From the human T2T-CHM13v2.0 reference genome, Homo sapiens: DNA of 64,000 nt. Under the pieces are notes generated by a model. The model saw only the letters and a list, made by a program, of their open reading frames with translations, ran no database searches and was not told the DNA's origin. Of this stretch, positions 1 through 16,836 are shown piece by piece. Position numbers and translations under genes: made by a program. Where the stretch lies: positions 10,848,001 to 10,912,000 of the forward strand of contig CP068257.2 of assembly GCA_009914755.4 (NCBI GenBank), in the 5' to 3' direction. How positions within the stretch are numbered: the first letter of the stretch is position 1; each line of letters opens with the position of its first letter.

Positions 1-1390
1 ACTGTACATAAAATATCAAAGTACTCAAACTACATATTATATACAGTATATAAAATATCAAAGTACCCAAACTGTATATTATATACTGTACATACTATAT
101 CAAAGTACCCGAATATATAGCATACTGTACATAAAATATCAAAGTACCCAAAATATATATTGTACACTGCACATAAAATATCAAGCTACATCAAAGATAT
201 ATTATATTCTGTACATAAAATTTCAAAGTACACCAAGTATATATTATATGCTGTGCATAATATATTAAAGTCGACCAAATATATATTACATACTGTACAA
301 AAAATATGAAGGTACATCAAATATATATTATATGCTGCACATAAAATATCAAAGTACCCAAAGTATGTATTATATACTGTACATAAAATATCAAAATACC
401 CAAAGTATATATTATATACTATACATACAATATAAAATACCCCAAATATATATTATATGCTGTACATAAAATATCAAAGTACACAAAATATGTATTATGT
501 ACTGTACATAAAATATCAAAGGACCGAAAATATATATTATATACTGTACATAAAATATCAAAATACCCAAAATATATACTATATACTGTACATAAAATAC
601 CAAAGTACCCAAAGTATATATTATGTACCGTACAAAAAATATCAAAGTAGCCAAAATATGTATTATACACTGTACATAATATATGAAAGTACCCAAACAT
701 TTATAATAAACTGTACATAAAATATCAATGTACTCAAACTATATATTATGTTCGGTACATAACATATCAAAGTACCCATACTATATAGTATATACTGTAC
801 TTAAAATATCAAAATACCCAAAATATATATTATATACGTTACATAAATTATCCAATACCCAAAGTATGTATTATATACTGTACTTAAAATAGCAAAGTTC
901 CCAAAATATGTATTATACACTGTACATAACAAATGAAAGTACCCAACCATTTATAGTAAACTCTACATAAAATACCAAAGTACCCAAACTGTGTATTATA
1001 TACTGTCCATAAATTATCAAAGTACCCAAAATATATATTGTAAACTGTACATAAAATATCAAAGTAGCCAAAATGTATATTGTATACTGTACATAAAATA
1101 TAAACGTACCCCAAATATATATTATATACTGTACATAAAATATCAAAGTACCCATAATACATATTATATACTGTACATAAAATATCAAAGGACCCAAAAT
1201 AAACATTATATACTGTACATAAAATATGCAAATACTCAAAATATATATTACATACTGTACATAAAATATCAAAGTACCCAAATTATGTATTATATACTGT
1301 ACGTAAAATATCAGATTACCCAAAATATGCATTATATACTGTACATAAAATATGAAAGTAACAAAACATTTATAATAAACTGTACATAAA
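1..1390 (+). repeat. ~1.39-kb segment with near-identical (~99%) copies at 29232-30620, 33916-35306, 48692-50080 and 59034-60422
   Basis: Bases 1-560 are almost base-for-base identical to 29232-29790. The ORF landmarks at 412, 457, 884 and 991 recur with identical peptides at 29643/29688/30115/30222, at 34327/34372/34799/34906, at 49103/49148/49575/49682 and at 59445/59490/59917/60024. Confidence 0.8.
124..165 (+). repeat. Representative 42-bp monomer: actgtacataaaatatcaaagtacccaaaatatatattgtac
   Basis: Counted directly. The next monomer starts at 166 (actgcacataaaatatcaagctac...). There is an internal ancient half-repeat, GTACATAAAATAT versus GTACCCAAAATATATAT. The palindromic GTAC / TGTACA cores recur twice per unit. 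Confidence 0.9.
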
Positions 1391-4300
1391 ATATCAAAGT
1401 ACTAAAACTATATATCATATACTGTACATAAAATATCAAAGTACCCAAACTGTGTATTATTATATACTGTACATAAAATATCAAGGTACCTAAAATATAT
1501 ATTGCATACTGTACATAAAATATCAAAGTACCCAAAATATATACTATATACTGTACATAAAATATGAAGGTACATCAAATATATATTATATCCTGTACAT
1601 AAAATATCAGAGTACACCTATTATATATTGTGTACTGTACATAATATATTAAATCACCCAAATATATATGTATACTGTATATAAAATATGAAGGTACTTC
1701 AAATATACATTATATGCTGCACATAAAATATCAAAGTACCCAAAGTATGCATTACATACTGTACATAAAATATCAAAGTACACAAATTATATATTATATA
1801 ATGTACATAAAATATGAAGGTTCATAAAATATATTTTATATTCTGTACATAATATATCAAAGTACATCAATTATATATTATATACGGTACATAAAAGATC
1901 AAAGTACCCAAAATATGTATTATTTACTGTACATAAAATATGAAAGTAACCAAACATTTATAATAAACTGTACATAAAATATCAAAGTACTCAATCTACA
2001 TAATATATACAGTATATAAATTATCAAAGTACACAAACTGTATATTATATACTGTACATAATATATCAAAGTACCCAGAATATATAGCATACTGTACATA
2101 AAATATCAAAGTACCCAAAATATATATTGTATACTGTACATAAAATATAAAGGTACATCAAAGATATATTATATTCTGTACATAAAATATCAAATTACAC
2201 CAAATATATATTATATGCTGTACATAATATATTAAAGTTGCCCATATATACATTATATACTGTACATAAAATATGAACGTACATCAAACATATAGTATAT
2301 GCTGCACATATAATATCAAAGTACCCAAAGTATGTATTATACACTGTACATAAAATATCAAAGTACCAAAAGTATATATTACATACTGTAAATAAAATAT
2401 GAAGGTACCTCAAATATATATTATATTCTGTACATAAAACATCAAAGTACACCAAGTATATAGTATATACTCTGCATAAAATATTAAATTACCCACAATA
2501 TGTATTGTATTGTGTACATAAAATATGAAAGTAACCAAACATTTATAATAAACTGTACATAAAATATCAAAGTACTCAAACTGTATATTATATACTGTAC
2601 ATAAAGTATCAAAGTACCCAAACTGTGTAGTATATACTGTACATAAAATATCAAGGTACCCAAAGTATATATTGTAAACTGTAGATAAAATATCAAAGTA
2701 CCCAAAATATATATTCTATACTGTACATAAAATATGAAGGCACATCCAATATATATTATATTCTGTACATAAAATATCAAAGTACACCAAATGTATATTA
2801 TATACTGTACATAAAATATCAAAGTACCCAACGTCTATATTATATACTGTACACAAAATATGAAGGTTCATCAAATATATTTTATATTCTGCACATAATA
2901 TATCAAAGTACATCAAATATATATTATATACTGTACATAAAATATCAAAGTACCAAAAATATGTATTATATACTGTACATAAAATATGAAAGTATCCAAA
3001 CATATATAATAAACTGTACATAAAATATCAAAGTACTCGAACTACATATTATATACAGTATATAAAATGTCAAAGTACCCAAACTCTATATTATATACTG
3101 TACATGGTATATCAAAGTACCCGAATATATAGCATACTGCACATAAAATATCAAAGTACCCAAAGTGTGTATTATACACTGCACATAAAATATGAAGGTA
3201 CATAAAATATATATTGTATTCTGTACATAGAATATCAAAGTACTCCAAATATATATTATATGCTGTACATAATATATTAAAGTTGCCCAAATATATATTA
3301 TATACTGTACATAAAATATGAAGGTACATCAAATATATAGTATATGCTGCACATAAAATATCAAAGTACCCAAAGTATGTATTATATACTGTACATAAAA
3401 TATCAAAGTACCCAAAGTATATATTATATACTGTACATAAAATATAAAATACCCCAAATATATATTATATGCTATACATAAAATATCAAAGTACACAATA
3501 TATGTATTATGTACTGTGCATACCATATCAAAGGACCCAAAATATATATTATATACTGTACATAAAATATCAAAATACCCAAAATATATATTATATACCC
3601 TACATAAAATACCAAAGTACCCAAAGTATATATTATATACCGTACAAAAAATATCAAAGTAGCCAAAATATGTATTCTACACTGTACATAATATATGAAA
3701 GTACCCAAACATTTATAATAAACTGTACATAAAATATCAATGTACTCAAACTATATATTATGTTCGGTACATAAGATATCAAAGTACCCATACTATATAG
3801 TATGTACTGTACTTAAAATATCAAAATACCCAAAATATATATTATATACGTTACATAAACTATCAAATACACAAAGTATGTATTATATACTGTACATAAA
3901 ATAGCAAAGTTCCCAAAATATGTATTATATACTGTACATAACATATGAAAGTACCCAACCATTTATAGTAAACTCTACATAAAATAACAAAGTACCCAAA
4001 CTGTGTATTATATACTGTCCATAAATTATCAAAGTACCCAAAATATATATTGTAAACTGTACATAAAATATCAAAGTAGCCAAAATGTATATTGTATACT
4101 GTACATAAAATATAAACGTACCCCAAATATATATTATATACTGTACATAAAATATCAAAGTACCCATAAAACATATTATATACTGTACATAAAATATCAA
4201 AGGACCCAAAATAAACATTATATACTGTACATAAAATATCCAAATACTCAAAATATATATTACATACTGTACATAAAATATCAAAGTACCCAAATTATGT

Positions 4301-7300
4301 ATTATATACTGTAAGTAAAATATCAGAGTACCCAAAATATGCATTATATACTGTACATAAAATATGAAAGTAACAAAACCTTTATAATAAACTGTACATA
4401 AAATATCAAAGTACTCAAACTATATATCATATACTGTACATAAAATATCAAAGTACCCATACTGTGTATTATTATATACTGTCCATAAAATATCAAAGTA
4501 CCTAAAATATATATTGCATACTGTACATAAAATATCAAAGTACCCAAAATATATACTCTATACTGTACATAAAATATGAAGGAACATCAAATATATATTA
4601 TATCCTGTACATAAAATATCAAAGTACACCTATTATATATTGTGTACTGTACATAATATATTAAATCACCCAAATATATATTGTATACTGTATATAAAAT
4701 ATGAAGGTACTTCAAATATATATTATATGCTGCACATAAAATATCAAAGTACCCAAAGTATGCATTACATACTGTACATAAAATATCAAAGTACACAAAT
4801 TATATATTATATAATGTACATAAAATATGAAGGTTCATAAAATATATTTTATATTCTGTACATAATATATCAAAGTACATCAAATATATATTATATACGG
4901 TACATAAAATATCAAAGTACCCAAAATATGTATTATTTACTGTACATAAAATATGAAAGTAACCAAACATTTATAATAAACTGTACATAAAATATCAAAG
5001 TACTCAATCTACATATTATATACAGTATATAAAATATCAAAGTACACAAACTGTATATTATATACTGTATATAATATATCAAAGTACCCAGAATATATAG
5101 CATACTGTACATAAAATATCAAAGTACCCAAAATATATATTGTATACTGTACATAAAATATAAAGGTACATCAAAGATATATTATATTCTGTACATAAAA
5201 TATCAAATTACACCAAATATATATTATATGCTGTACATAATATATTAAAGTTGCCCATATATACATTATATACTGTACATAAAATATGAAGGTACATCAA
5301 ATATATAGTATATGCTGCACATATAATATCAAAGTACCCAAAGTATGTATTATACACTGTACATAAAATATCAAAGTACCAAAAGTATATATTACATACT
5401 GTAAATAAAATATGAAGGTACCTCAAATATATATTATATTCTGTACATAAAATATCAAAGTACACCAAGTATATAGTATATACTCTGCATAAAATATTAA
5501 ATTACCCACAATATGTATTGTATTGTGTACATAAAATATGAAAGTAACTAAACATTTATAATAAACTGTACATAAAATATCAAAGTACTCAAACTGTATA
5601 TTATATACTGTACATAAAGTATCAAAGTACCCAAACTGTGTAGTATATACTGTACATAAAATATCAAGGTACCCAAAATATATATTGTAAACTGTAGATA
5701 AAATATCAAAGTACCCAAAATATATATTATATACTGTACATAAAATATGAAGGCACATCCAATATATATTATATTCTGTACATAAAATATCAAAGTACAC
5801 CAAATGTATATTATATACTGTACATAAAATATCAAAGTACCCAACGTGTATATTATATACTGTACACAAAATATGAAGGTTCATCAAATATATTTTATAT
5901 TCTGCACATAATATATCAAAGTACATCAAATATATATTTATACTGTACATAAAATATCAAAGTACCAAAAATATGTATTATATACTGTACATAAAATATG
6001 AAAGTAACCAAACATATATAATAAACTGTACATAAAATATCAAAGTACTCGAACTACATATTATATACAGTATATAAAATGTCAAAGTACCCAAACTCTA
6101 TATTATATACTGTACATAATATATCAAAGTACCCGAATATATAGCATACTGTACATAAAATATCAAAGTACCCAAAATATATATTGTATACTGTACATAA
6201 AATATGAAGGTACATCAAAGATATATTATATACTGTACATGAAATATCAAAGTACCGATAATACATATTATATACTGTACATAAAATATCAAAGGACCCA
6301 AAATAAACATTATATACTGTACATAAAATATTCAAATACTCAAAATATATATTACATACTGTACATAAAATATCAAAGTACCCAAATTATGTATTATATA
6401 CTGTACGTAAAATATCAGCGTACCCAAAATATGCATTATATGCTGCACATAAAATATGAAAGTAACAAAACATTTATAATAAACTGTACATAAAATATCA
6501 AAGTACTCAAACTATATATCATATACTGTACATAAAATGTCAAAGTACCCAAACTGTGTATTATTATATACTGTATATAAAATATTAAAATACCTGAAAT
6601 ATATATTGCATACTGTACATAAAATATCAAAGTACCCAAAATATATACTATATACTGTACATAAAATATGAAGGTACATCAAATATATATTACATCCTGT
6701 ACATAAAATAACAACGTACACCTATTATATATTGCGTACTGTACATAATATATTAAATCGCCCAAATATATATTGTATACTGTATATAAAATATGAAGGT
6801 ACTTCAAATATATATTATATGCTGCACATAAAATATCAAAGTACCCAAAGTATGCATTACATACTGTACATAAAATATCAAAGTACACAAATTATATATT
6901 ATATACTGTACATAAAATATGTAGGTTCATCAAATATATTTTATATTCTGTACATAATATATCAAAGTACATCAAATATATATTATATACGGTACATAAA
7001 ATATCAAAGTACCCAAAATATGTATTATTTACTGTTCATAAAATATGAAAGTAACCAAACATTTATAATAAACTGTACACAAAATATCAAAGTACTCAAT
7101 CTACATATTATATACAGTATATAAAATATCAAAGTACACAAACTGTATATTATATACTGTACATAATATATCAAAGTACCCAGAATATATAGCATACTGT
7201 ACATAAAATATCAAATTACCCAAAATATATATTGTATACTGTACATAAAATATGAAGGTACATCAAAGATATATTATATTCTGTACATAAAATATCAAAG

Positions 7301-10300
7301 TACACCAAATATATATTATATGCTGTACATAATATATTAAAGTTGCCCATGTATACATTTTATACTGTACATAAAATATGAAGGTACATCAAATATATAG
7401 TATATGCTGCACATAAAATATCAAAGTACCCAAAGTATGTAATATATACTGTACATAATATATCAAAGTACCAAAAGTATATATTACATACTGTAAATAA
7501 AATATGAAGGTACCTCAAATATACATTATATTCTGTACATAAAATATCAAAGTACACCAAATATATACTATATACTGTACATAAAATATTAAATTACCCA
7601 CAATATGTATTTTATTCTGTACATAAAATATGAAAGTAACCAATCATTTATAATAAACTGTACATAAAATATCAAAGTACTCAAACTGTATATTATATAC
7701 TGTACATAAAGTATCAAAGTACCCAAACTGTGTAGTATATACTGTACATAAAATATCAAGGTACCCAAAATATATATTGTAAACTGTAGAAAAAATATCA
7801 AAGTACCCAAAATATATATTATATACTGTACATAAAATATGAAGGCACATCCAGTATATATTATATTCTGTACATAAAATATCAAAGTACACCAAATGTA
7901 TATTATATACTGTACATAAAATATAAAATACCCCAAATATATATTATATACTGTACATAAAATATCAAAATACCCATAGTATGTATTATATCCTGTACAT
8001 AAAATATGAAGGTACATCTAATATATATTATATTCTGCACATAAAATATCATATTACACCAAATATATATTATATACTGTACATAAAAGATGAAAGTACA
8101 TCAAATATATATTATATGCTGCACATAAAATATAAAAGTCCCCAAAGTTTGTATTATATTCTGTACATAAAATATCAAAGTATCCAAAGTGTATATTATA
8201 TACTGTACATAAAATATGAAGGTACATCCGATACATATTATATTCTGTACATAAAATATCAAACTACACCAAGTATATATTATATACTGTATATAAAATA
8301 TTAAATTACCCAAAATATGTATTGTATACTGTACATAAAATATGAAAGTATCCAAACATTTATAATAAACTGTACATAAAATATCAAAGTACTCAAACTG
8401 TGTATTATATACTGTACATAAAGCATCAAAGTACCCAAACTGTGTAGCATATACTGTACATAAAATATCAAGGTACCCAAAATATATAGTGTAAACTGTA
8501 GATAAAATATCAAAGTACCCAAAGTATACATTATATACTCTACATAAAATATCAAAATACGCAAAATATATATTGTATACTGTACATAAAATATCAAAGT
8601 ATCCAAACTATATATTATGTACTGTACATAAAATATCAAAGTACCCAAAGTGTGTATTATACACTGCATATAAAATATGAAGGTACATAAAATATATATT
8701 GTATTCTGTACATAAAATATCAAATTACACCAAATATATATTATATGCTGTACATAATATATTAAAGTTGCCGAAATATATATTATATACTGTACATAAA
8801 ATATGAAGGTAAATCAAATATATAGTATATGCTGCACATAAAATATCAAAGTACCCAAAGTATGTATTATATACTGTACATAAAATATCAAAGTACCCAA
8901 AGTATATATTATATACTGTACATAAAATATAAAATACCCCAAATATATATTATGTGCTGTACATAAAATATCAAAGTACACAAAATATGTATTATGTACT
9001 GTACATACAATATCAAAGGACCCAAAATATATATTATATACTGTACATAAAATATCAAAATATCCAAAATATATATTATATACTGTACATAAAATACCAA
9101 AGTACCCAAAGTATATATTATATACCGTACAAAAAATATCAAAGTAGCCAAAATATGTATTATACACTGTACATAATATATGAAAGTACCCAAACATTTA
9201 TAATAAACTGTACAAAAAATATCAATGTACTCAAACTATATATTATGTGCGGTACATAAGATATCAATGTACCCATACTATATAGTATATACTGTACTTA
9301 AAATATCAAAATATCCAAAATATATATTATATACGTTACATAAACTATCAAATACACAAAGTATGTATTATATACTGTACATAAAATAGCAAAGTTCCCA
9401 AAATATGTATTATATACTGTACATAAAATATGAAAGTACCCAACCATTTATAATAAACTCTACATAAAATACCAAAGTACCCAAACTGTGTATTATATAC
9501 TGTCCATAAAATATCAAAGTACCCAAAATATATATTGTAAACTGTACATAAAATATCAAAGTAGCCAAAATATATATTGTATACTGTACATAAAATATAA
9601 AATACCCCAAATATATATTATATACTGTACATAAAATATCAAAGTACCCATAATACATATTATATACTGTACATAAAATATCAAAGGACCCAAAATAAAC
9701 ATTATATACTGTACATAAAATATCCAAATACTCAAAATATATATTACATACTGTACATAAAATATCAAAGTACCCAAATTATGTATTATATACTGTACGT
9801 AAAATATCAGAGTACCCAAAATATGCATTATATACTGTACATAAAATATGAAAGTAACAAAACATTTATAATAAACTGTACATAAAATATCAAAGTACTA
9901 AAACTATATATAATATACTGTACATAAAATATCAAAGTACCCAAACTGTGTATTATTATATACTGTCCATAAAATATCAAGGTACCTAAAATATATATTG
10001 CATACTGTACATAAAATATCAAAGTACCCAAAATATATACTATATACTGTACATAAAATATGAAGGTACATCAAATATATATTATATCCTGTACATAAAA
10101 TATCAAAGTACACCTATTATATATTGTGTACTGTACATAATATATTAAATCACCCAAATATATATTGTATACTGTATATAAAATATGAAGGTACTTCAAA
10201 TATATATTATATGCTGCACATAAAATATCAAAGTACCCAAAGTATATATTGTATACTGTACATAAAATATAAAGGTACATCAAAGATATATTATTTTCTG

Positions 10301-13300
10301 TACATAAAATATCAAATTACACCAAATATATATTATATGCTGTACATAATATATTAAAGTTGCCCATATATACATTATATACTGTACATAATATATGAAC
10401 GTACATCAAACATATAGTATATGCTGCACATAAAATATCAAAGTACCCAAAGTATGTATTATACACTGTACATAAAATATCAAAGTACCAAAAGTATATA
10501 TTACATACTGTAAATAAAATATGAAGGTACCTCAAATATATATTATATTCTGTACATAAAACATCAAATTACACCAAGTATATACTATATACTCTGCAGA
10601 AAATATTAAATTACCCACAATATGTATTGTATTGTGTACATAAAATATGAAAGTAACCAAACATTTCTAATAAACTGTACATAAAATATCAAAGTACTCA
10701 AACTGTATATTATATACTGTACATAAAGTATCAAAGTACCCAAACTGTGTAGTATATACTGTACATAAAATATCAAGGTACCCAAAATATATATTGTAAA
10801 CTGTAGATAAAATATCAAAGTACCCAAAATATATATTATATACTGTACATAAAATATGAAGGCACATCCAATATATATTATATTCTGTACATAAAATATC
10901 AAAGTACACCAAATGTATATTATATACTGTACATAAAATATCAAAGTACCCAAAGTGTTTATTATATACTGTACATAAGATATGAAGGTACATCAAAGAT
11001 ATATTATATTCTGTACATAAAATATCAAAGTACACCAAGTATATATTATATGCTGTACATAATATATTAAAGTCGACCAAATATATATTATATACTGTAC
11101 AAAAAATATGAAGGTACATCAAATATATAGTATATGCTGCACATAAAATATCAAAGTACCCAAAGTATGTATTATATACTGTACATAAAATATCAAAGTA
11201 CCCAAAATATATATTATATACTGTACATACAATATAAAATACCCCAAATATATATTATATGCTGTACATAAAATATCAAAGTACACAAAATATGTATTAT
11301 GTACTGTACATACAATATCAAAGGACCCAAAATATATATTATATACTGTTCATAAAATATCAAAATACCCAAAATATATATTATATACCGTACATAAAAT
11401 ACCAAAGTACCCAAAGTATATATTATATACCGTACAAAAAATATCAAAGTAGCCAAAATATGTATTATACACTGTACATAATACATGAAAGTACCCAAAC
11501 ATTTATAATAAACTGTACATAAAATATCAATGTACTCAAACTATATATTATGTGCGGTACATAAGATATCAAAGTACCCATACTATATAGTATATACTGT
11601 ACTTAAAATATCAAAATACCCCAAATATATATTATATACGTTACATAAACTATCAAATACACAAAGTATGTATTATATACTGTACATAAAATAGCAAAGT
11701 TCCCAAAATATGTATCATATACTGTACATAAAATATGAAAGTACCCAACCATTTATAATAAACTCTACATAAAATACCAAAGTAACCAAACTGTGTATTA
11801 TATACTGTCAATAAAATATCAAAGTACACAAAATATATATTGTCAACTGTACATAAAATATCAAAGTAGCCAAAATATATATAGTATACTGTACATAAAA
11901 TATAAAAGTACCCCAAATATATATTATATACTGTACATAAAATATCAACGTACCGATAATACATATTTTATACTGTACATAAAATATCAAAGGACCCAAA
12001 ATAAACATTATATACTGTACATAAAATATTCAAATACTCAAAATATATATTACATACTGTACATAAAATATCAAAGTACCCAAATTATGTATTATATACT
12101 GTACGTAAAATATCAGAGTACCCAAAATATGCATTATATACTGCACATAAAATATGAAAGTAACAAAACATTTATAATAAACTGTACATAAAATATCAAA
12201 GTACTCAAACTATATATCATATACTGTACATAAAATGCCAAAGTACCCAAACTGTGTATTATTATATACTGTATATAAAATATCAAAATACCTGAAATAT
12301 ATATTGCATACTGTACATAAAATATCAAAGTACCCAAAATATATACTATATACTGTACATAAAATATGAAGGTACATCAAATATATATTACATCCTGTAC
12401 ATAAAATAACAAAGTACACCTATTATATATTGTGTACTGTACATAATATATTAAATCGCCCAAATATATATTGTATACTGTATATAAAATATGAAGGTAC
12501 TTCAAATATATATTATATGCTGCACATAAAATATCAAACTACCCAAAGTATGCATTACATACTGTACATAAAATATCAAAGTACACAAATTATATATTAT
12601 ATACTGTACATAAAATATGTAGGTTCATCAAATATATTTTATATTCTGTACATAATGTATCAAAGTACATCAAATATATATTATATACGGTACATAAAAT
12701 ATCAAAGTACCCAAAATATGTATTATTTACTGTGCATAAAATATGAAAGTAACCAAACATTTATAATAAACTGTACATGAAATATCAAAGTACTCAATCT
12801 ACGTATTATATACAGTATATAAAATATAAAAGTACACAAACTATATATTATATACTGTACATAATATATCAAAGTACCCAGAATATATAGCATACTGTAC
12901 ATAAAATATCAAATTAGCCAAAATATATATTGTATACTGTACATAAAATATGAAGGTACATCAAAGATATATTATATTCTGTACATAAAATATCAAAGTA
13001 CACCAAATATATATTATATGCTGTACATAATATATTAAAGTTGCCCATGTATACATTTTATACTGTACATAAAATATGAAGGTACATCAAATATATAGTA
13101 TATGCTGCACATAAAATATCAAAGTACCCAAAGTATGTAATATATACTGTACATAATATATCAAAGTACCAAAAGTATATACTACATACTGTAAATAAAA
13201 TATGAAGGTACCTCAAATATACATTATATTCTGTACATAAAATATCAAAGTACACCAAATATATACTATATACTGTACATAAAATATTAAATTACCCACA

Positions 13301-15239
13301 ATATGTATTTTATTCTGGACATAAAATATGAAAGTATCCAATCATTTATAATAAACTGTACATAAAATATCAAAGTTCTCAAACTGTATATTATATACTG
13401 TACATAAAGTATCAAAGTACCCAAACTGTGCTGTATATACTGTACATAAAATATCAAGGTACCCAAAATATATATTGTAAACTGTAGATAAAATATCAAA
13501 GTACCCAAAATATATATTATATACTGTACATAAAATATGAAGGCACATCCAGTATATATTATATTCTGTACATAAAATATCAAAGTACACCAAATGTATA
13601 TTATATACTGTACATAAAATATAAAAGTACCCCAAGTATATATTATATACTCTACATAAAATATGAAAGTACCCAAGATATATATTATATACTGTACATA
13701 AAATATCAAAATACCCATAGTATGTATTATATGCTGTACATAAAATATGAAGGTACATCAAATATATATTATATTCTGCACATAAAATATCATATTACAC
13801 CAAATATATATTATATACTGTACATAAAAGATGAAAGTACATCAAATATATATTATATGCTGCACATAAAATATAAAAGTCCCCAAAGTTTGTATTATAT
13901 ACTGTACATAAAATATCAAAGTATCCAAACTGTATATTATATACTGTACATAAAATATGAAGGTACATCCGATACATATTATATTCTGTACATAAAATAT
14001 CAAAGTACACCAAGTATATATTATATACTGTACATAAAATATTAAATTACCCAAAATATGTATTGTATACTGTACATAAAATATGAAAGTAACCAAACAT
14101 TTATAATAAACTGTACATAAAATATCAAAGTACTCAAACTGTGTATTATATACTGTACATAAAGCATCAAAGTACCCAAACTGTGTAGCATATACTGTAC
14201 ATAAAATATCAAGGTACCCAAAATATATAGTGTAAACTGTAGATAAAATATCAAAGTACACAAAGTATACATTATATACTCTACATAAAATATCAAAATA
14301 CGCAAAATATATATTGTATACTGTACATAAAATATCAAAGTATCCAAACTATATATTATGTACTGTACATAAAATATCAAAGTACCCAAAGTGTGTATTA
14401 TACACTGCATATAAAATATGAAGGTACATAAAATATATATTGTATTCTGTACATAAAATATCAAATTACACCAAATATATATTATATAGTGTACATAATA
14501 TATTAAAGTCTACCAAATATATATTATATACTGTACATAAAATAAGAAGGTACATCAAATATATATTATATGCTGCACATAAAATATCAAAGTACCCAAA
14601 GTATGTATTATATACTGTACATAAAATATCAAAGTACCCAAAGTATATATTATATACTGTACATAAAATATAAAATACCCCAAATATATATTATATGCTG
14701 TACATAAAATATGAAAGTACACAAAATATGTATTATGTACTGTACATACAATATCAAAGGACACAAAATATATATTATATACTGTACATAAAATATCAAA
14801 ATACCCAAAATATATATTATATACTGTACATAAAATACCAAAGTACCCAAAGTATATATTATATACCGTACAAAAAATATCAAAGTAGCCAAAATATGTA
14901 TTATACACTGTACATAATATATGAAAGTACCCAAACATTTATAATAAACTGTACATAAAATATCAAAGTACTCAAACTGTATATTATATACTGTACATAA
15001 AGTATCAAAGTACCCAAACTGTGTAGTATATACTGTACATAAAATATCAAGGTACCCAAAATATATATTGTAAACTGTAGATAAAATATCAAAGTACCCA
15101 AAATATATATTATATACTGTACATAAAATATGAAGGCACATCCAGTATATATTATATTCTGTACATAAAATATCAAAGTACACCAAATGTATATTATATA
15201 CTGTACATAAAATATAAAAGTACCCCAAGTATATATTAT

Positions 15240-16836
15240 ATACTCTACATAAAATATGAAAGTATCCAAAATATATATTATAGACTGTACATAAAATATC
15301 AAAGTACCCAAAGTGTATATTATATACTGTACATAAAATATGAAGGTTCATCAAATATATTTTATATTCTGCACATAATATATAAAAGTACAGCAAATAT
15401 ATATTATATACTGTACATAAAATACCAAAGTACCAAAAATATGTATTATATACTGTACATAAAATATGAAAGTAACCAAACATTTATAATAAACTGTACA
15501 TAAAGTATTAAAGTACTCAAAGTACATATTATATACAGTATATAAAATATCAAAGTACCCAAACTGTATATTATATACTGTACATAATAAATCAAAGTAC
15601 CCGAATATATAGCATACTGTACATAAAATATCAAAGTACCCAAAATATATATTGTATACTGTACATAAAATATGAAGGTACATCAAAGATATATTATATT
15701 CTGTACATAAAATATCAAAGTACACCAAATATATATTATATGCTGTACATAATATATTAAAGTCGACCAAATATATAATATACTGTACATAAAATATGAA
15801 GGTACATCAAATATATATTATATGCTGCACATAAAATATCAAAGTACCCAAAGTATGTATTATATACTGTACATAAAATATCAAAGTACGCAAAGTATAT
15901 ACTGTACATAAAATATAAAATACCCCAAATATATATTATATGCTGTACATAAAATATCAAAGTTCCAAAAATATGTATTATATACTGTACATAAAATATG
16001 AAAGTAACCAAACATTTATAATAAACTGTACATAAAGTATTAAAGTACTCAAAGTACATATTATATACAGTATATAAAATATCAAAGTACCCAAACTGTA
16101 TATTATATACTGTACATAATAAATCAAAGTACCCGAATATATAGCATACTGTACATAAAATATCAAAGTACCCAAAATATATATTGTATACTGTACATAA
16201 AATATGAAGGTACATCAAAGATATATTATATTCTGTACATAAAATATCAAAGTACACCAAATATATATTATATGCTGTACATAATATATTAAAGTCGACC
16301 AAATATATAATATACTGTACATAAAATATGAAGGTACATCAAATATATATTATATGCTGCACATAAAATATCAAAGTACCCAAAGTATGTATTATATACT
16401 GTACATAAAATATCAAAGTACGCAAAGTATATACTGTACATAAAATATAAAATACCCCAAATATATATTATATGCTGTACATAAAATATCAAAGTTCCAA
16501 AAATATGTATTATATACTGTACATAAAATATGAAAGTAACCAAACATTTATAATAAACTGTACATAAAGTATTAAAGTACTCAAAGTACATATTATATAC
16601 AGTATATAAAATATCAAAGTACCCAAACTGTATATTATATACTGTACATAATAAATCAAAGTACCCGAATATATAGCATACTGTACATAAAATATCAAAG
16701 TACCCAAAATATATATTGTATACTGTACATAAAATATGAAGGTACATCAAAGATATATTATATTCTGTACATAAAATATCAAAGTACACCAAATATATAT
16801 TATATGCTGTACATAATATATTAAAGTCGACCAAAT
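15240..16836 (+). repeat. Threefold tandem repeat of a 532-bp block (about 12.7 monomers). Copies 2 and 3 appear 100% identical.
   Basis: The string tacaccaaatatatattatatgctgtacataatatattaaagtcgaccaaatatataatatactgtac starts at 15721, 16253 and 16785, a spacing of 532 bp. Identical 181-aa ORFs lie at 15757-16302 and 16289-16834. Identical 65-aa ORFs lie at 15446, 15978 and 16510. The first copy diverges upstream of about 15390. Confidence 0.88.

Larger units (their letters stand above)
1..6050 (+). repeat. Two adjacent copies of a ~3,012-bp higher-order repeat (about 72 monomers), moderately diverged at roughly 90-95% identity
   Basis: ORF-track landmarks shift by 3012-3013 bp: 457 to 3469, 991 to 4003, 1332 to 4344, 2195 to 5208, ends 2831 to 5844, and 3042 to 6054. 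Direct comparison of bases 1-560 with 3013-3570 shows the same monomer order with scattered substitutions. Confidence 0.75.

Noticed and set aside
14650-15483. The longest ORF in the track, 277 aa on the minus strand. There are about 500 other ORFs of 60-245 aa on both strands. Many overlap each other and recur as identical peptides.
   Set aside because: They are periodic Y/I/L/F/T/V/C peptides with a 14-aa period of the type GTLIFYVQYIIYIL, which is one 42-bp monomer. They arise because 42 is divisible by 3 and some monomer frames lack stop codons. There are no ribosome-binding or promoter contexts and no domain-like sequence. They occur in both orientations across the same DNA. Eukaryotic satellite DNA is not protein-coding.
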